Below are positions 16,970 through 29,600 of a DNA stretch of 40,450 bases, piece by piece; position 1 is the first letter of the stretch, and the number at the start of each line of letters is the position of its first letter. Source of the stretch: a bacterium (GTDB lineage: Bacteria > Bacteroidota > Ignavibacteria > Kapaibacteriales > UBA7675); assembly GCA_030426285.1 (NCBI GenBank), contig JAUHYX010000001.1, positions 1-40,450 on the forward strand, written 5' to 3'. Made by a program: the position numbers and the translations under genes. The notes under the pieces are model-generated. The model saw only the letters and a program-made list of their open reading frames with translations, made no database searches and was not told where the DNA came from.

Positions 16970-17599
16970 CTACTGCTTTGTAAACACGGTCAGGTGTTTG
17001 TAAAAGTCCACCTGCATATTGAATATATCTGCGATGTATCTCATCGTTATTTTGGAGTAAAAGAAGACATGTGTTGGATCTTTTACGTACCACCAATCCT
17101 CAAATTTCTGAGTACCTTCGAGTAGGTTTGTAGCAACGTACATTCTGCCGTTTCTCAGAATAGCGTTATTCATCCTTTCCCACTCCGAGTATGGATGATG
17201 AAAATGTTCAACTGTTTCTATCGAAACAACAAAATTATATAGTTCGTCCTCATCATACGCATTGAAGCCATATAGTGGGTCTTGTGCCTTCACATCTAAT
17301 TCTTCCTCATTCAAAAGCCTTGTAAGTACTTTTTCAATGCCTGCCCCAACATCTACTCCCTTTGCACCTTTCTGCTCTTGTGCGACGATTGTAGCACCAA
17401 ATTTCATTAAATAGTCTCGATACCCTTGGTCATTCCATTTGTTATTGTGTGTCGCATATCGTGTTTGCTCATCTGCCAATTTTGGCAGGGCATTCTCATT
17501 CATTTGCCAAGACACACAGTGTTCACAGTATTCATAGATAGTCTGGTCTATTGAAGTCTTACTACCAACAACATGGAAACATAATCTACAGGTTGACAT
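16970..17599 (-). CDS. Class I SAM-dependent methyltransferase with an N-terminal CxxC...CxxC zinc-ribbon-like motif
   Basis: MSTCRLCFHV...YCEHCVSW, SAM motif I-like GVDVGAGIEK, FVVSIETVEHF, and a THVFFYS C-terminal motif as in Methyltransf_23-type proteins. The track ORF starts at TTG 17617; ATG 17599 is preceded by GGAGGA. Confidence 0.6.
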   Translation of the reverse strand: MSTCRLCFHVVGSKTSIDQTIYEYCEHCVSWQMNENALPKLADEQTRYATHNNKWNDQGYRDYLMKFGATIVAQEQKGAKGVDVGAGIEKVLTRLLNEEELDVKAQDPLYGFNAYDEDELYNFVVSIETVEHFHHPYSEWERMNNAILRNGRMYVATNLLEGTQKFEDWWYVKDPTHVFFYSKITMRYIADIFNMQVDFYKHLTVFTKQ

Positions 17600-17614
17600 A
17601 TTCCTCCATATAAA

Positions 17615-17649
17615 CAAAAAAGGCGGAGCTACTCGTGTAACTCCGCCTT
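17615..17649 (-). terminator. Rho-independent terminator of the giant gene
   Basis: On the minus strand: AGGCGGAG-ttacacgagtag-CTCCGCCT-TTTTTG (stem arms 17641..17648 / 17621..17628), 38 nt after stop 17687. A second 6-bp hairpin ATCGCT-aatca-AGCGAT sits at 17658..17674. Confidence 0.8.
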
Positions 17650-17686
17650 AAGTCTGCATCGCTAATCAAGCGATTCTATCAAAACC

Positions 17687-20600
17687 TTACGGTACTTGCG
17701 TAGCGCGGAAGGTATTGTTACGAGAGATCACGCGGTCAGCTGCGTTCACGATACCGTCGAGTGTTACATCTTCGTAGATGTATACATTCACGCTACCGGT
17801 TGCGTTTCTGACTGCGACACGGTCAGCTGCGTTGATCACGCCGCGGTTGCTTATGTCTGCATCACCAGCTACTTGACCAAACGCGCCAGTCTGGATCTGT
17901 GGATCCTGGAACTCGCTGTAGGCTTGGCCCATGCCGCTTGTGAAGTCATACAAAGCGCTTGTGTTTGCTGTGAGTGTCACCTCTTGTGCACTCATGACCC
18001 ACAAGTGGTTGCGGTGGCGAACCACCACGTAGTAGTCACCGGCCGGTACTGTCGTTGCGTCGAAGAGCAACTGACTGGTTCCGTCGAGTCCTACGACCAT
18101 ACCATCGGTGCGTACAAAGCCGATCGCCGTTGTCACTGAGCTGTTCGCTGAGGTGCCTGTGCGCAACTCTACTTCTACCCAGTCTACTGCTGTCAGCGGA
18201 ATGCTCGCTACGGTGGTTGTACCTGCATATGGATCTGTCAGTGGCAACAAGCCGTTCGTGTTCAAGTTCTGACCCATGAGCGTACCGCTTGTTGAGCCTG
18301 TCTGTGGTCCTTGTAGAGCCACGCGCAAGTTCAAGGCTGTTGGTACGTTCGCCTGTGGGATCACCACAACGGTCATGCTTGCGTTATCCATCGCGCCGTT
18401 CGCATCTGTTGCTGTCACCGTGATCGTGTAGCTACCAGTTGTCGTTGGAATGCCACTGATTGTACCCGTTGGGCCGTCAAGTGTCAAACCTGTTGGCAAT
18501 GCGCCACTTGTCAACTGGAAGTCGTAAGGGCTCGTGCCACCGGTGATCTGCGCTGCGATCGAGGCTGACTGATTCTGGTATACCGTCGCTGTCGTCGGAT
18601 AGTAGATCGTCATCGCTGGGTTCACTGTGAAGATCACCTGCGCGTCGTCTTCTACGCCGTTGAAGTCCGTTACCTTAATGTCCACTGCCAATGGGAACAC
18701 CGTTGCTGTTGTCGGTACTCCTGTGATCACACCTGTGCCCGCATTCATCACAAGACCTGCTGGCAAGGCATCGCTGCCTGCTACAAAGTCATACGTAAAT
18801 GGTGGGCGACCGCCAAATCGGTTCGGATTGATCGTTACCGATGGCTGGAAGCGTGTGAGCTCATGTGGCGTTGGATACGTCAAGCTCAAGATGTCATAGA
18901 CCGTTGTGATCGTCAACGTTGTTGCGCTCAACTGCGTATCAGAGAAGACAACCGTCAAGTTGTTTCCTGCTACCTGCGGCGTGACGCCGACAGTAAAGCT
19001 GCTCACCGTTGTCTCTGCATAGCTGCCGCTTGCGCCAGCTGTGCCTGAGAGTGATCCGTCGATATTAGCTGTCGTTACGTTCATGAACTGGTCACGAACT
19101 CCTACTGTAGCGGTAAACTCAATCTGGCGTGTCGCCGCATCAAGTGTCGCTGGGTTGGCTGTGAAGATGCCATCGCTAGCATTCTCGACTACCAACTGCG
19201 TTGCAGCGTCGGCGATCTGATCGATCGATACTGGTGAGCCTTGCAATGCGCCACCTGTTGTCGTTGCATCGATCACCGCTGTTGACGGTGCGATCGTGCC
19301 AGCTGTGAACACTGATGTCTGTGACTGCGTGCCTTCATCCACGGTCAGTGGAGACAAGCTCGCGCCACCGGTGCCGGCGTTGGTCAAGACCATCGTCACG
19401 GTACCGCGTGTTGTTGGGTTACCAAAGACGTCATACTTCTCAACTGAGATCGTGCCGTCTTGTGCTACTGTCACCTCGGCTGGCCCTGCGATCGTTGACA
19501 TCGCTGCATGTGCCGTTGCGGCATACTGCTCGATGTCCATGCTCGATCCACTCACATCCGTGCCACCGATCGTTGCGCTTACTGTCGCTGCTGGGTTCGC
19601 TGCCATCGTACCTGAGATGTAGTTAAACGTCTCGTTCTGTACGCCGTCTGCTACCGATGCTTGCGAGAGGCTTGCACCGACAGAGTTAATGTCAGTGAGT
19701 GCCAACGCTACGGTTCCACGTGTGGTTGGGTTACCGAAGATATCCTGCTTATCAATCGTCAGACCGAGCAACTGACCACCAACCTCGACGCGGTCGTTAC
19801 CGCTGAGAGTGGTTGTCGCTGATGTTGCTACGCCTGCGAACTGTTCGATGTCAATGCCTGAGCCTGCAATCGCAGTGCCGCCAATGGTGGCGTCTACTGT
19901 TACTGCTGGGTCGGCGGCGTTGGTTCCTGAGCTGTAGGTCAACGTCTGCATCTTCGTGCCATCGGCTACGCTAGCTGCATCCAAGGCGCCACCGGCGCTC
20001 ACGTCGTTGCTCAGTGCAACACTTACTGTACCCAATGTCGTTGGGTTGCCGTAGGCGTCGAACTTGTTCACGTCAAGTGTGGTGGTTGCTCCACCTACTT
20101 CGACGCGATCAGAACCACTCAAGGCGATTGTAGATGTCGTGGCATCGGCCGTGGCTGCTGTCTGCTCAATGATCATTCCTGATCCCTGAACCGCTGTGCC
20201 GTCGATCGTTGCGCCGTAGCTTCCTACATTCGCGCCTGCTACCGTACCTGCTGTGTACGTTACCTGACCACTCACAACACCTGGTCCGACCATGCCTGCT
20301 GCTGCTCCGCCACCTGATCCATTGTCAGTGAACGTTGCGACCGCCTGGCCGTTTGTCGTTGGGTTCATGAACTGGTCAAACAAGTTCACTGTAAAGCTGA
20401 GGCTATTTGCAGGGCCTACTTCTACGCTCGTGCCGGCGTCGGCAGCGATTGTAGAGGTTGCCGATGTGGCTGGTCCTGCATATTGGTCAATGTCAATACC
20501 TGATCCTACGATTGCCGAGCCGCCGATCGTGGCGTTGATGCTTGCTGCCGGTGCTGCTGCCATTGTACCACTCTGGTACTGAACAACCTGTACCGGGCCT

Positions 20601-23600
20601 GCGCCCGCTACCGCTGTCGTGCTCATCATCGCTCCGCCAGAGTTGATCTCTGTGAGGCTGATGTCCACGGCGCCAGTCTCTGTTAAGTTACCGGCCTTGT
20701 CACGACGTGTGATCGTTACGTCAATCGTATTGCTGTTATTACTTACCTCTACGCTTGTTGCTGCTGCAACAACTGTTGAACGTGTCGCGTCGGCTGTGCC
20801 TGCTGTCTGGTCGATGCTCAGAGGTGAGTTCACGATGTCCGTGCCCCCGATCTCAAAGCCAACCGTTGCTACGGCGATGCCTGCTGTGGTACCTGAAGTG
20901 TAGTCGATCGTGCCTACTGAGATGCCATCGGCGATCTCTGTGCCACTGACCGCTGCTCCAACTCCGGCGCCCGCGAGGTTCGCTACCACGTCCACGGTAC
21001 CACGAGTTGTCTCGTTGGTGAACTGGTCACGCTTGGTCACTGTGAAGGTCAAAGCATTCGGCGTGCATACCTCGGCTGAGAGGCCGCTCGCGCTTACACT
21101 TGACTCAGCTGCGACAGCTACTTGTGCGTATTGGTTGATATCGTAGTTCATGCCTTGGATGTCCGAGCCACCGATGGTGAACGCCATGTTCGCGATGCTT
21201 ACGCCTGCTGTTGTTCCAGAGGTGTATGTCACCGTAGCGCTCGTCGTGCCCTCACCGATGCTTGCGACATCAGAGCTTGCACCACCGGTACCGTTGTCTG
21301 TCAGCGTCACATCGACAGTTCCGCATGTTGTGATGTAACCGAACTGGTCACGCTTCACTACATCGAATATCAATGTGCTGCCGCCAACTTCTACATCCAA
21401 CCCGTTGTTCACAACCACTGTTGATTGCGTTGTGTTCGCTACACCTGGGATGATCGTGAAGAAGTCACTGTAGGCTTCTGTTAATGGTACGTTCAACACA
21501 TTTGTACCTGTCACTCTCAAGCGGTACGTGCCCGGCTCGATGATTCTCAGGTTCGTGAACGAGCCGTTGCCGGCTACTGTGGTTACCGTGTTGTCATCAA
21601 CGATCAACGTAGTGTTCGTTGGGTTGTTTGCTGGATCGATATCCAAGGTCAATTGCGTGTCATTGTCTGTCAAGAGCTGGTTACCACCACAGTCTTCTAC
21701 ATGTACCTGGATCACGTTCGCGAAGTTGTCATCTACTTTCGTGATGCTCTGCGGCTGCAGGTTGAAGCCAACCTGGGCTGCAGGACCTTCGCTGATGGTG
21801 AACGAGGCACTTGCTGTTGTTGTCAGAAGAGCGTTGAGCTCACCGACGATCAACTGGTAGGTACCAACTTTATCGACATGCAAGTCTGTGAAGACTGCCT
21901 CACCACCAACTGTCGTCTCAAGAAGCGTTCCTGTGATAGAAGCTGTCTCGTACGTGCCGTCGTTGTTCAGTAGTCCTGTGATCACATTAAAGCCGTTGGC
22001 ATTGGTCACGTGGTTTCCACCGGCGTCCTGTACCTGTACGGTCATCGTGATCGCATCACATGCTTGTTCGTTGCTTGGCTGCACCGTGACTGCGAGTTGC
22101 GCCGGTGCTCCTGCTGTTACATCAAAGCCGGTAGAGAACCCTGGGGTCAAGCCCACGGCGCTCGCGCCGAGAGTGTATCCCAAACCTGACTTGTCGATTG
22201 ACACGCCAGTGAAGGTTGCTACACCACCTACGGCCGCTACTGAGTGGTCGATGCCGTTGAACTGATCCGTTGTCAGTGTGCCTGAGCCTGGATTGTTCGA
22301 GATCGTCATCGTCACCACATTCGTTGCGTTCGTTACGTGGTTGCCGAAGCAGTCCTGCACCTGCACCTGTGGGTCTGGTACGAATGCTGTTGCTGCCGTT
22401 ACCGTTGCCGGTGGCTGTACAACAAACGCTACCTGATCGGCCACGAAGTGTGTGATGTCAAAGTCTGCGCTCGTGGCAAAGGCTTGCACGCCACCTGGCA
22501 ACGTTACTGTTGCTTTGAGCGTGTAACCAACGCCTGCTTTCTCTACTGCCATATTCGTCCATGTGGCCTGGCCGTTGGCAAGCGTAAACGCTGTACCTGC
22601 GCCCGGTGCGCTGTAAATCGCGCCGCCACCTGGGTTATTCTCTAGTGTCAACTGTACTGGCAAGTTCGGTGTCGCGATTGGGTTGCCACACAAGTCCTCT
22701 ACCTGAATCACAGGTACTTGTGCGAATGTGCCACCCTTCACGAGGTTACCAGCTACACCACCGATCGGCTCTGTTACGAAACTGATCGCGGCAGGTGCGC
22801 CTGGGATCATCTCGATGTTCACCTGATCGGTCACGCCTTCGCTCTCGATCTCGATTGTGTAGTTACCTGCCAAGCCGTTCATGTCTGTTAGCGTAAAGCT
22901 CACCTCACCAAGCACATTGCTTGCTGTTGTGATGCTTGTCAAGCCACCGTCGAACGTCAGACCTGCTGTCAATACTGTCAGCGTTGCCACACGGCCGTCG
23001 GTTGGATTGTTACAGTCGTCAACCAAGGTCGCTGTTACCACTGCTGTTGAAGCACATGTCACCTGCTGCGTTGCTGGTGCGCCCGTGACGACTGTCACTG
23101 GACCAGGAACGATTGTTACTGCAGTTGTTGTTGATGCGCCGCTTGTAGCAAGCGTGATCACATGGTTGCCAGCTAGACCGTGGATATTGTTCAACGTGAA
23201 CGTTGCTACACCACCGGCGTCACTTGTGGCACTTACGGCCATGGCGTTCGCTGGGTCGAAGTCAAACGTTGTTGTTGTCAATGTCACTGGCCAGTTCGGT
23301 ACGGCGTTGCCACAGTCATCTGTTACGTCTACCGTTACCACGATGTCATCTTCACAGGCTGCTGTAGCTGGTGCCACAACTGCTGCCAATGCACTTGGTG
23401 TGCCTGGCTCGACTGTGAGTGTGCCGCTCGTGCTTGGCCCGCCAGCTGTTGCTGTTACTGCGTATGCGCCTACTGTCTGTGTGATTGGACCCCATACAAC
23501 ACTCGCTGATCCGCCAACGGTTGCTGTTGTCTGTGTCACACCGTCAAACGTAAACTCTACGCTCGTGCCGTCGACTACTGCGTTACCACAGCCGTCCGAA

Positions 23601-26600
23601 ACAGCTACTGTCAAGGTCGTAATGCTTGAGCACGTTACGCTCGTTGGAGCCGTTGTCCATGCTACGCTGTTCGCGCTGCCTGGTACAACCGTGATGTCTG
23701 CGCTTGTCGATGGTGTCCCTGGTGCAGTTACCAGAAGTGAATACACACCTACCAACGCGTTTACATTTGAGAGCGTCAAGGTTGCAACACCTGAACCATC
23801 TGTCAGCGCTGGTGCTGTTGCACCGGTGATACCGGCACTCAAACTCAGAGTCACTGTTGTTGATGGTACTGGGTTACCACAGTCGTCAAACACTGTTACT
23901 GTGAAGGTTGTTGAACCTGCACATTCTACCGTTGTCGGTAGTGGAGCGTTGAAGACCACTGTCGCTGGCGCGCTTACGGCCATGTCGATTGTAGAGCTTG
24001 TTGAAGCTGCTTCGGCTGTGAATGTTGCTGTGTAACTGTTACCAGCTACCAAGCCTTGTACATTCGTCAGGTTCCACGTCGCTACGCCGCTGCCGTCGGT
24101 TGCTACCGTGGCGCTGCCTGCGAATGTGATTCCTGGGATTGTGACCGTTGCATTCACACCAACAACATCGTTTCCGCAGTTGTCTGCGAAGCTCGCTGTC
24201 AATGTTACTGCGTCGCCGCACTCTACTGTATTGCTTACCTGACCGGCAACTGCCATTGTGGCCGTGCCTTGTGTCAAGTCGATGTTCTCTGTTGCGTCAA
24301 CACCATTGCTTGAGGCTGTCAGAGCATACGTTCCGATCAAGCCCTGTACATTGCTCAGGGTGAACGTCGCGATTCCGCTTGCATCGCTTGTTGCGTTGCT
24401 CACGTTCACACCACCGTCGAAGGTAAAGCCGGCAGCCGCGGTCAGACTCACGCTTGCGCCTGAGACCAAGTTGCCACATGCATCGTTCACCGTGATCGTC
24501 AATGTTGTGCTCTCTGAGCAGCCAACATCGGTTGGGTTCGGTGTGAATGCTACCGCTGTTACTTCGCCCTGACGTACTGTCAATGGCATCGTTGCGCTTG
24601 TTGTATTGCTTGAGGCTGTGAGCGTGTACGTGACATCGCGATCTCCACTTACTCCGTTCAGAGCAAATGTTGCGATTCCCGTGCCGTCACTCACGGCTGT
24701 TGCTGTTGTCATTCCACCGTTGAAGGTTACTCCACCGGCTGCTGTCAACGTCACTGTAGCACCAACGACCAAGTTGTCACAGTCATCACGTACCTCAACA
24801 GTTGCGCTTGTGTTCTCTGAACATGCTACTTCTGTTGTTGGAGTGATCACGGCCAACTGGCGTACCACACCTTGTGTGATTGTCAGTGTCTGTGTCGTTG
24901 TTGATGGACCGGCGTTGTAGGTCAATGTGTGGTTGCCCACTGAACCGTGTACGTTCATCAGTGTGAAGCTTACCTGGCCGCTGCCATCGCTGATTGCGTT
25001 AGCCGTTGTCAAGCCTGCTCCGTGTGTTACGCCCGCTGGCAATTGCAAGAACACGTTCTCGCCTACCACTGGGTTCGCACAGTCATCACTGATTGTGACC
25101 GTTACTGTTGTAACACCTTCACATGTTGCTTCCAAAGCGCTTGGGCTGAGAGCAATCGTGCGAACAACACCCTGCTGCATCGTGAACGAGCCGGCTACCA
25201 TTGTGCCATTGGTGCTCGTTACTGTTACTGCATGTGGGTTGCCGCTGACCAAACCGTGTACATCACTGAGTGTGAATGTTGCTGAGCCGCCAACCAATGT
25301 CGCTGTAGATGTCATCACGCCGCCATCGAAGCTTACGCTTGTTGTGGCGAGAGTAACAACCTCTCCGCTGATTGGGTTGCCGCAGAAGTCAACAACGCTG
25401 ACAGTGATTGTTGTTGTGCCTTCACATGTCACTACACCAGGTGCAATCGCCCAGTCGATCTGGTCGATCTCACCTTGGATCATGTTGAAGTTATTGCTTA
25501 CCTGAACCGCTGCACCAAGATTGCTTGTCGCTGTCAAGGTGTGTGGGTTACCTGCTACGAGACCGTTTACGCTCGTTAGACCACTGTAGGTGATCTCACC
25601 TGTGCTGGCACCAACTGTTTCTGTTGTTGTGCCGCTAAGCGTTCCGTTCTGCATCGTCAAGTTCACTGTCACAGTCTGCTGTGTTACGTAGTTGCTCAGT
25701 GCATCGTACACGCTGATCGATACTGCTGGGTCGAAGACAAAGTCACAACGAACGTCCGTTGGCTGCTGATCGAACACGATAGAAGCAGGAAGATCTGGTG
25801 TTACTTCGAATTCACGGCTTGATGCCGCAGTATAGATCGGTGCGAAGGCATCACGAGCGCGGAGCGTGTAGCGTCCTGCGCGGTCAAGTGATACGTTGGC
25901 AAATGTTGCACGTCCCTGATCAGTGAACGTTGGACCGCCGATTGTACCAGTGCTTGTGTAAGCGCCTGCTACGTTCGGTGTATACGTTCCGATCTCGAGA
26001 AGTACTGTCGTTTCAAATGCACCGTTGTAGTTACCATACGCATCCTGAAGCTCAACAACCACATCATTGGTTGTGCCCGTTGGGCATGGCCATGCTGTTG
26101 GCAAGCCTGTGAAGGCCAAACCGGCTGTTGTCACGAGCATCGGCTGGCTCTCGAACGCCCATTGTGTTGGCGTGTCGGCTACAACACTAAAGCTCGCACT
26201 TGTCGCGCTTGTGATCGTGTTGTCCTGCCAGTCTGCCTGCAAGGTGTAACCTGTGCCTGCTTGATCGATGCGTACGCCTGAGAGCGTCACGCGGCCGTTC
26301 ATGCCTGGCAAGATTGTCCATGAGGCCTGATTCTGCTGCAATACGCCGTTGGCGCATTCGCTCGCATCAGTGCCGATAGCTACAGTAACTGTTCCTGTGA
26401 AGTTCTGTACCACGTTGCCCCACTGGTCAACAACCGCTACTTCTGGCTGCGTGCCAAATGCGCTACCGGCTGTGTTTGATGCGCTTGGTTGCGTCTCAAA
26501 CGACAACGCTGTTGCTGTGCCATAAGGTGCTACGGTGATACTTGCACGCGTCTCGAGCAACTGGCCGCCGGCTGTGACCTGCAAGCGCAGGATCGCTGTG

Positions 26601-29600
26601 GTTGAAGCATAAGCTCCTGTCCACTGCGCAGTCAACGATTGGCTGTAACGCGTCTGGGTTGTATTCAATGCTTGTGAAGTGCCTCCGAGCAACGTCAAGT
26701 CGCTACGGCTGCTACCATCACTTGCTAACAAGTCATAAGCTACGGTTGTCACGCTGGTTGTAGCGCGTGGCAACAACTGCTCGTTCAATACCTGGAAGTG
26801 CGATGCAAATGGTACCATACTCATCACACTTGTGGTGGAGAGTCCGCTACCGTCATACGCATTTGCAACACCTGTGGCACTTGTTGACAACGCCAAGCGA
26901 TCCGCTGCTGCCGGTGGAGATACCGTCACAGTGATGCTTGTGGCGCTCAAGACATGACCGGCTGTACGCGTGAGCGTAATCACAGCTGTTGTTGGCTGCG
27001 TACCGTTATATGTCATCTGCAAGTTCGTTGTTGTCACGCCGTTGCTCCACTGCGTAATCGTCTGGCTTGTGCCCGCTACGATTGTCACAGGTGGTACAGT
27101 TGCACTTACGCTGTAGGCAAGTGTCGTGGCGCTGGTAACATCAACAAGTGTGTTGTTGTCATTCCATGTACCGATTTCATTGGTCAGAATCTGACCGCTT
27201 ACAACGTCAAGTGGGCTGACATCTCCACTGTTGAAGCCATCTGTACCGGCACGTGCTGTGCGGCTATACGCCAATTCGCTCGCTCCTGAGAACACCTCAA
27301 AGGTGCCGCTCACGGTGCTTGCCAAACCTGCGCTTGTGGCTGTCAACTGATATGTGCCTGCTGCTGCTACGATGCGGAAACCATCATAGCTCGATACACC
27401 AACGTCACTGCCTTCTGAGTTACCCACCAGCGTTGCTGATGCGCTTGTGCTCAAGCCGATTGTGTATGTGGCGTTCGTTGTACGGTTGTTGTATTGGTCA
27501 AGACCTTCTACCTGCATATCCGGTGTCATCACATTGCCGCTTGCTACATCCGATGGATCTACAAGCCAGTTCAATGCTACCGGAGCATCAGGAATAATCT
27601 CAAATGTGCGGCTCACGCCTTGGTTGAGGGTACCGCTTGTCACTTTAATAGTGTACAAACCGCTACGCTCAATTGACAAGTTCGCGAACGTTGCACGTCC
27701 ATTGCTTGTAAGCTGACCAGATGGAGTCACTGTCAGCGTGCCTTGTGGAGCACCTGTTACGCGTGGTGAGAAGCTGTTAATGCTCATCTCAACACTTGTG
27801 ATACTACCTGTTGTCAGGTTGTTGTATTGGTCACGTACTTCAACTACCAGGTTAGTACCTGTTGTTGCGAGTACAGTGCCGTTGTCACAGATCGCTTGCA
27901 TGCCTGCCCATGTCACACCTGCAGTTGTTACTGCTGGTGGCTCTGAGTAGAAGGCAAGTTGTGTAGCTACATTCGGAATCACGCGGAATGTGTTTGACGT
28001 TGCTGCTTGCAAGAGTTCAAACTCGTCGCGTGCATACAAGGTGTATCCAATTCCTGATTCTTCGATGTTCAAGCCATTGAAGATCACGATACCGTTGTCA
28101 CCTACGCCGATCGTTTCGCGAACAACACCAGTAGATGGTGTGCTGTGTGATCCTGAGCGACTCAAGAGTTCGCCGTCACCACACAAGCTCGCGTCTGTTC
28201 CGATGCGTGCATCGATTGAACCGATGTAGTTTGTGATAAGGTTACCATACTGGTCTTTCACTGCTACCTTTGGTGCTGGAACGATGCTCCAACCGGCCGT
28301 GGTAACTGGCGTAACCGCTGGTGAGTTCTGCAACCATGCCAAACCAGAAGTCTGACCTTGGTTTGGATAACCCAAGAATGGTTCTACCTGTACCGTGAAT
28401 GTTGTGCTTACGAGCGTGCTACCACTGAGGACAGATGCTTGCAACACAACTGCTGTTGTGGTATTCAAGCTGGCCTTGGTGTTGGCGATTGCCAATGTCA
28501 AGGTTGTTGTCTCTAGTGATGATCCTGCCATGAACAAGGTTGCTGTTGTTCCGCCATTTGCGCCTGTGAGAACAAAGTTTGTTGTCACTGGTGTGGCTGC
28601 CGGTGGTGCACTCAGGTAATCTGTTGCACTTACTGACAATGGTGAAACGATCTGGTACGACACCCATGTGTTTGTCGTCACTGGCACCTGTGTTGTCCAT
28701 CCACATACTGTTGTGGCTAGGTCAACATCAAAGGCTTCGTCGTTTGCAACCGGATTCGCTGGCGAATCTGCCACAGCCAAGTTCGTTGGCGCTGGCATCA
28801 CGGTTACTGTATATGTCGTTGTGGCGAGTGTACAGCCGGCGTTGCCGCTCAAGTACACTGCGCTGATTGTCACTGTTGTTGCTGATGTACAGCAGCTGAT
28901 GATGGTATACTCAGTTCCTGTAGCTGTGCTCGACGGTGTGAACGATACTCCTGTAGCACCAGTTGATGGAACACATCCATTCATGGTGTTGGAGATCAGA
29001 ACATTCGTCGTGCTGAATACCGGAACTGCTACATCACCAGAGTTGCGCGATTCGATGCCCAAATTGAATGGCTGACCACTCCAAACCACAGTTGGTGAAG
29101 TGATAAAGGCCATGCGGTCTGGCTTCGAACGAATAACAGTTGTGAACGATGTTGACTGCATCACTTGTGGTGCTACTGTCGACACTGTCACCGTTACTGT
29201 TGTTTGTGCACTTGCTGTATAGTCAAACGTTACATTGAACGTTGTTGAGAACTCATCCTCATAGATGAACTCTGTTCCGTTACCAGTTGTTACCGATACA
29301 AGTGGGTCACCAGTGTCAAATGCCAATTGTGTTGTGGCATCTGTAACACGATAGTGATCTACCTTGTTCTTAGAACGGAAACGCATGCTCAGTGGCATCT
29401 CTGCCGTTACTTCTGCTGGTATCACGCTAGATGTTACTAGGCGGTCAGCTGGAGAAGGAACAAGAGTGACATTAGCAGTTGTGTTTACCAAGTTCTGAGG
29501 TGCAAACTGGATCGTTGTATACGTTGCACTTGTTGGACGAGGTCCTGTCCATGAACCAAAGTTCGATTCTACTACGGTCGCTACAAGTGGGAAGTCCCTC

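Noticed and set aside
22881-24035. Long + strand ORF (384 aa) and many other + strand ORFs of 60-330 aa between 17.7 and 34.0 kb, for example 30213..31196 (327 aa) and 24927..25505
   Set aside because: All lie antisense to the continuous 16.3-kb minus-strand ORF. Their translations are low-complexity Val/Thr/Pro/Ser/Ala strings mirroring the sense repeats, with no independent start or RBS context. They are shadow ORFs produced by biased codon composition.
18896-25471. Regular periodicity of about 300 nt that could be mistaken for a repeat array or CRISPR-like structure
   Set aside because: The period is far longer than CRISPR repeat-spacer units. The copies are diverged rather than identical, and the whole region is one open reading frame encoding tandem protein domains.
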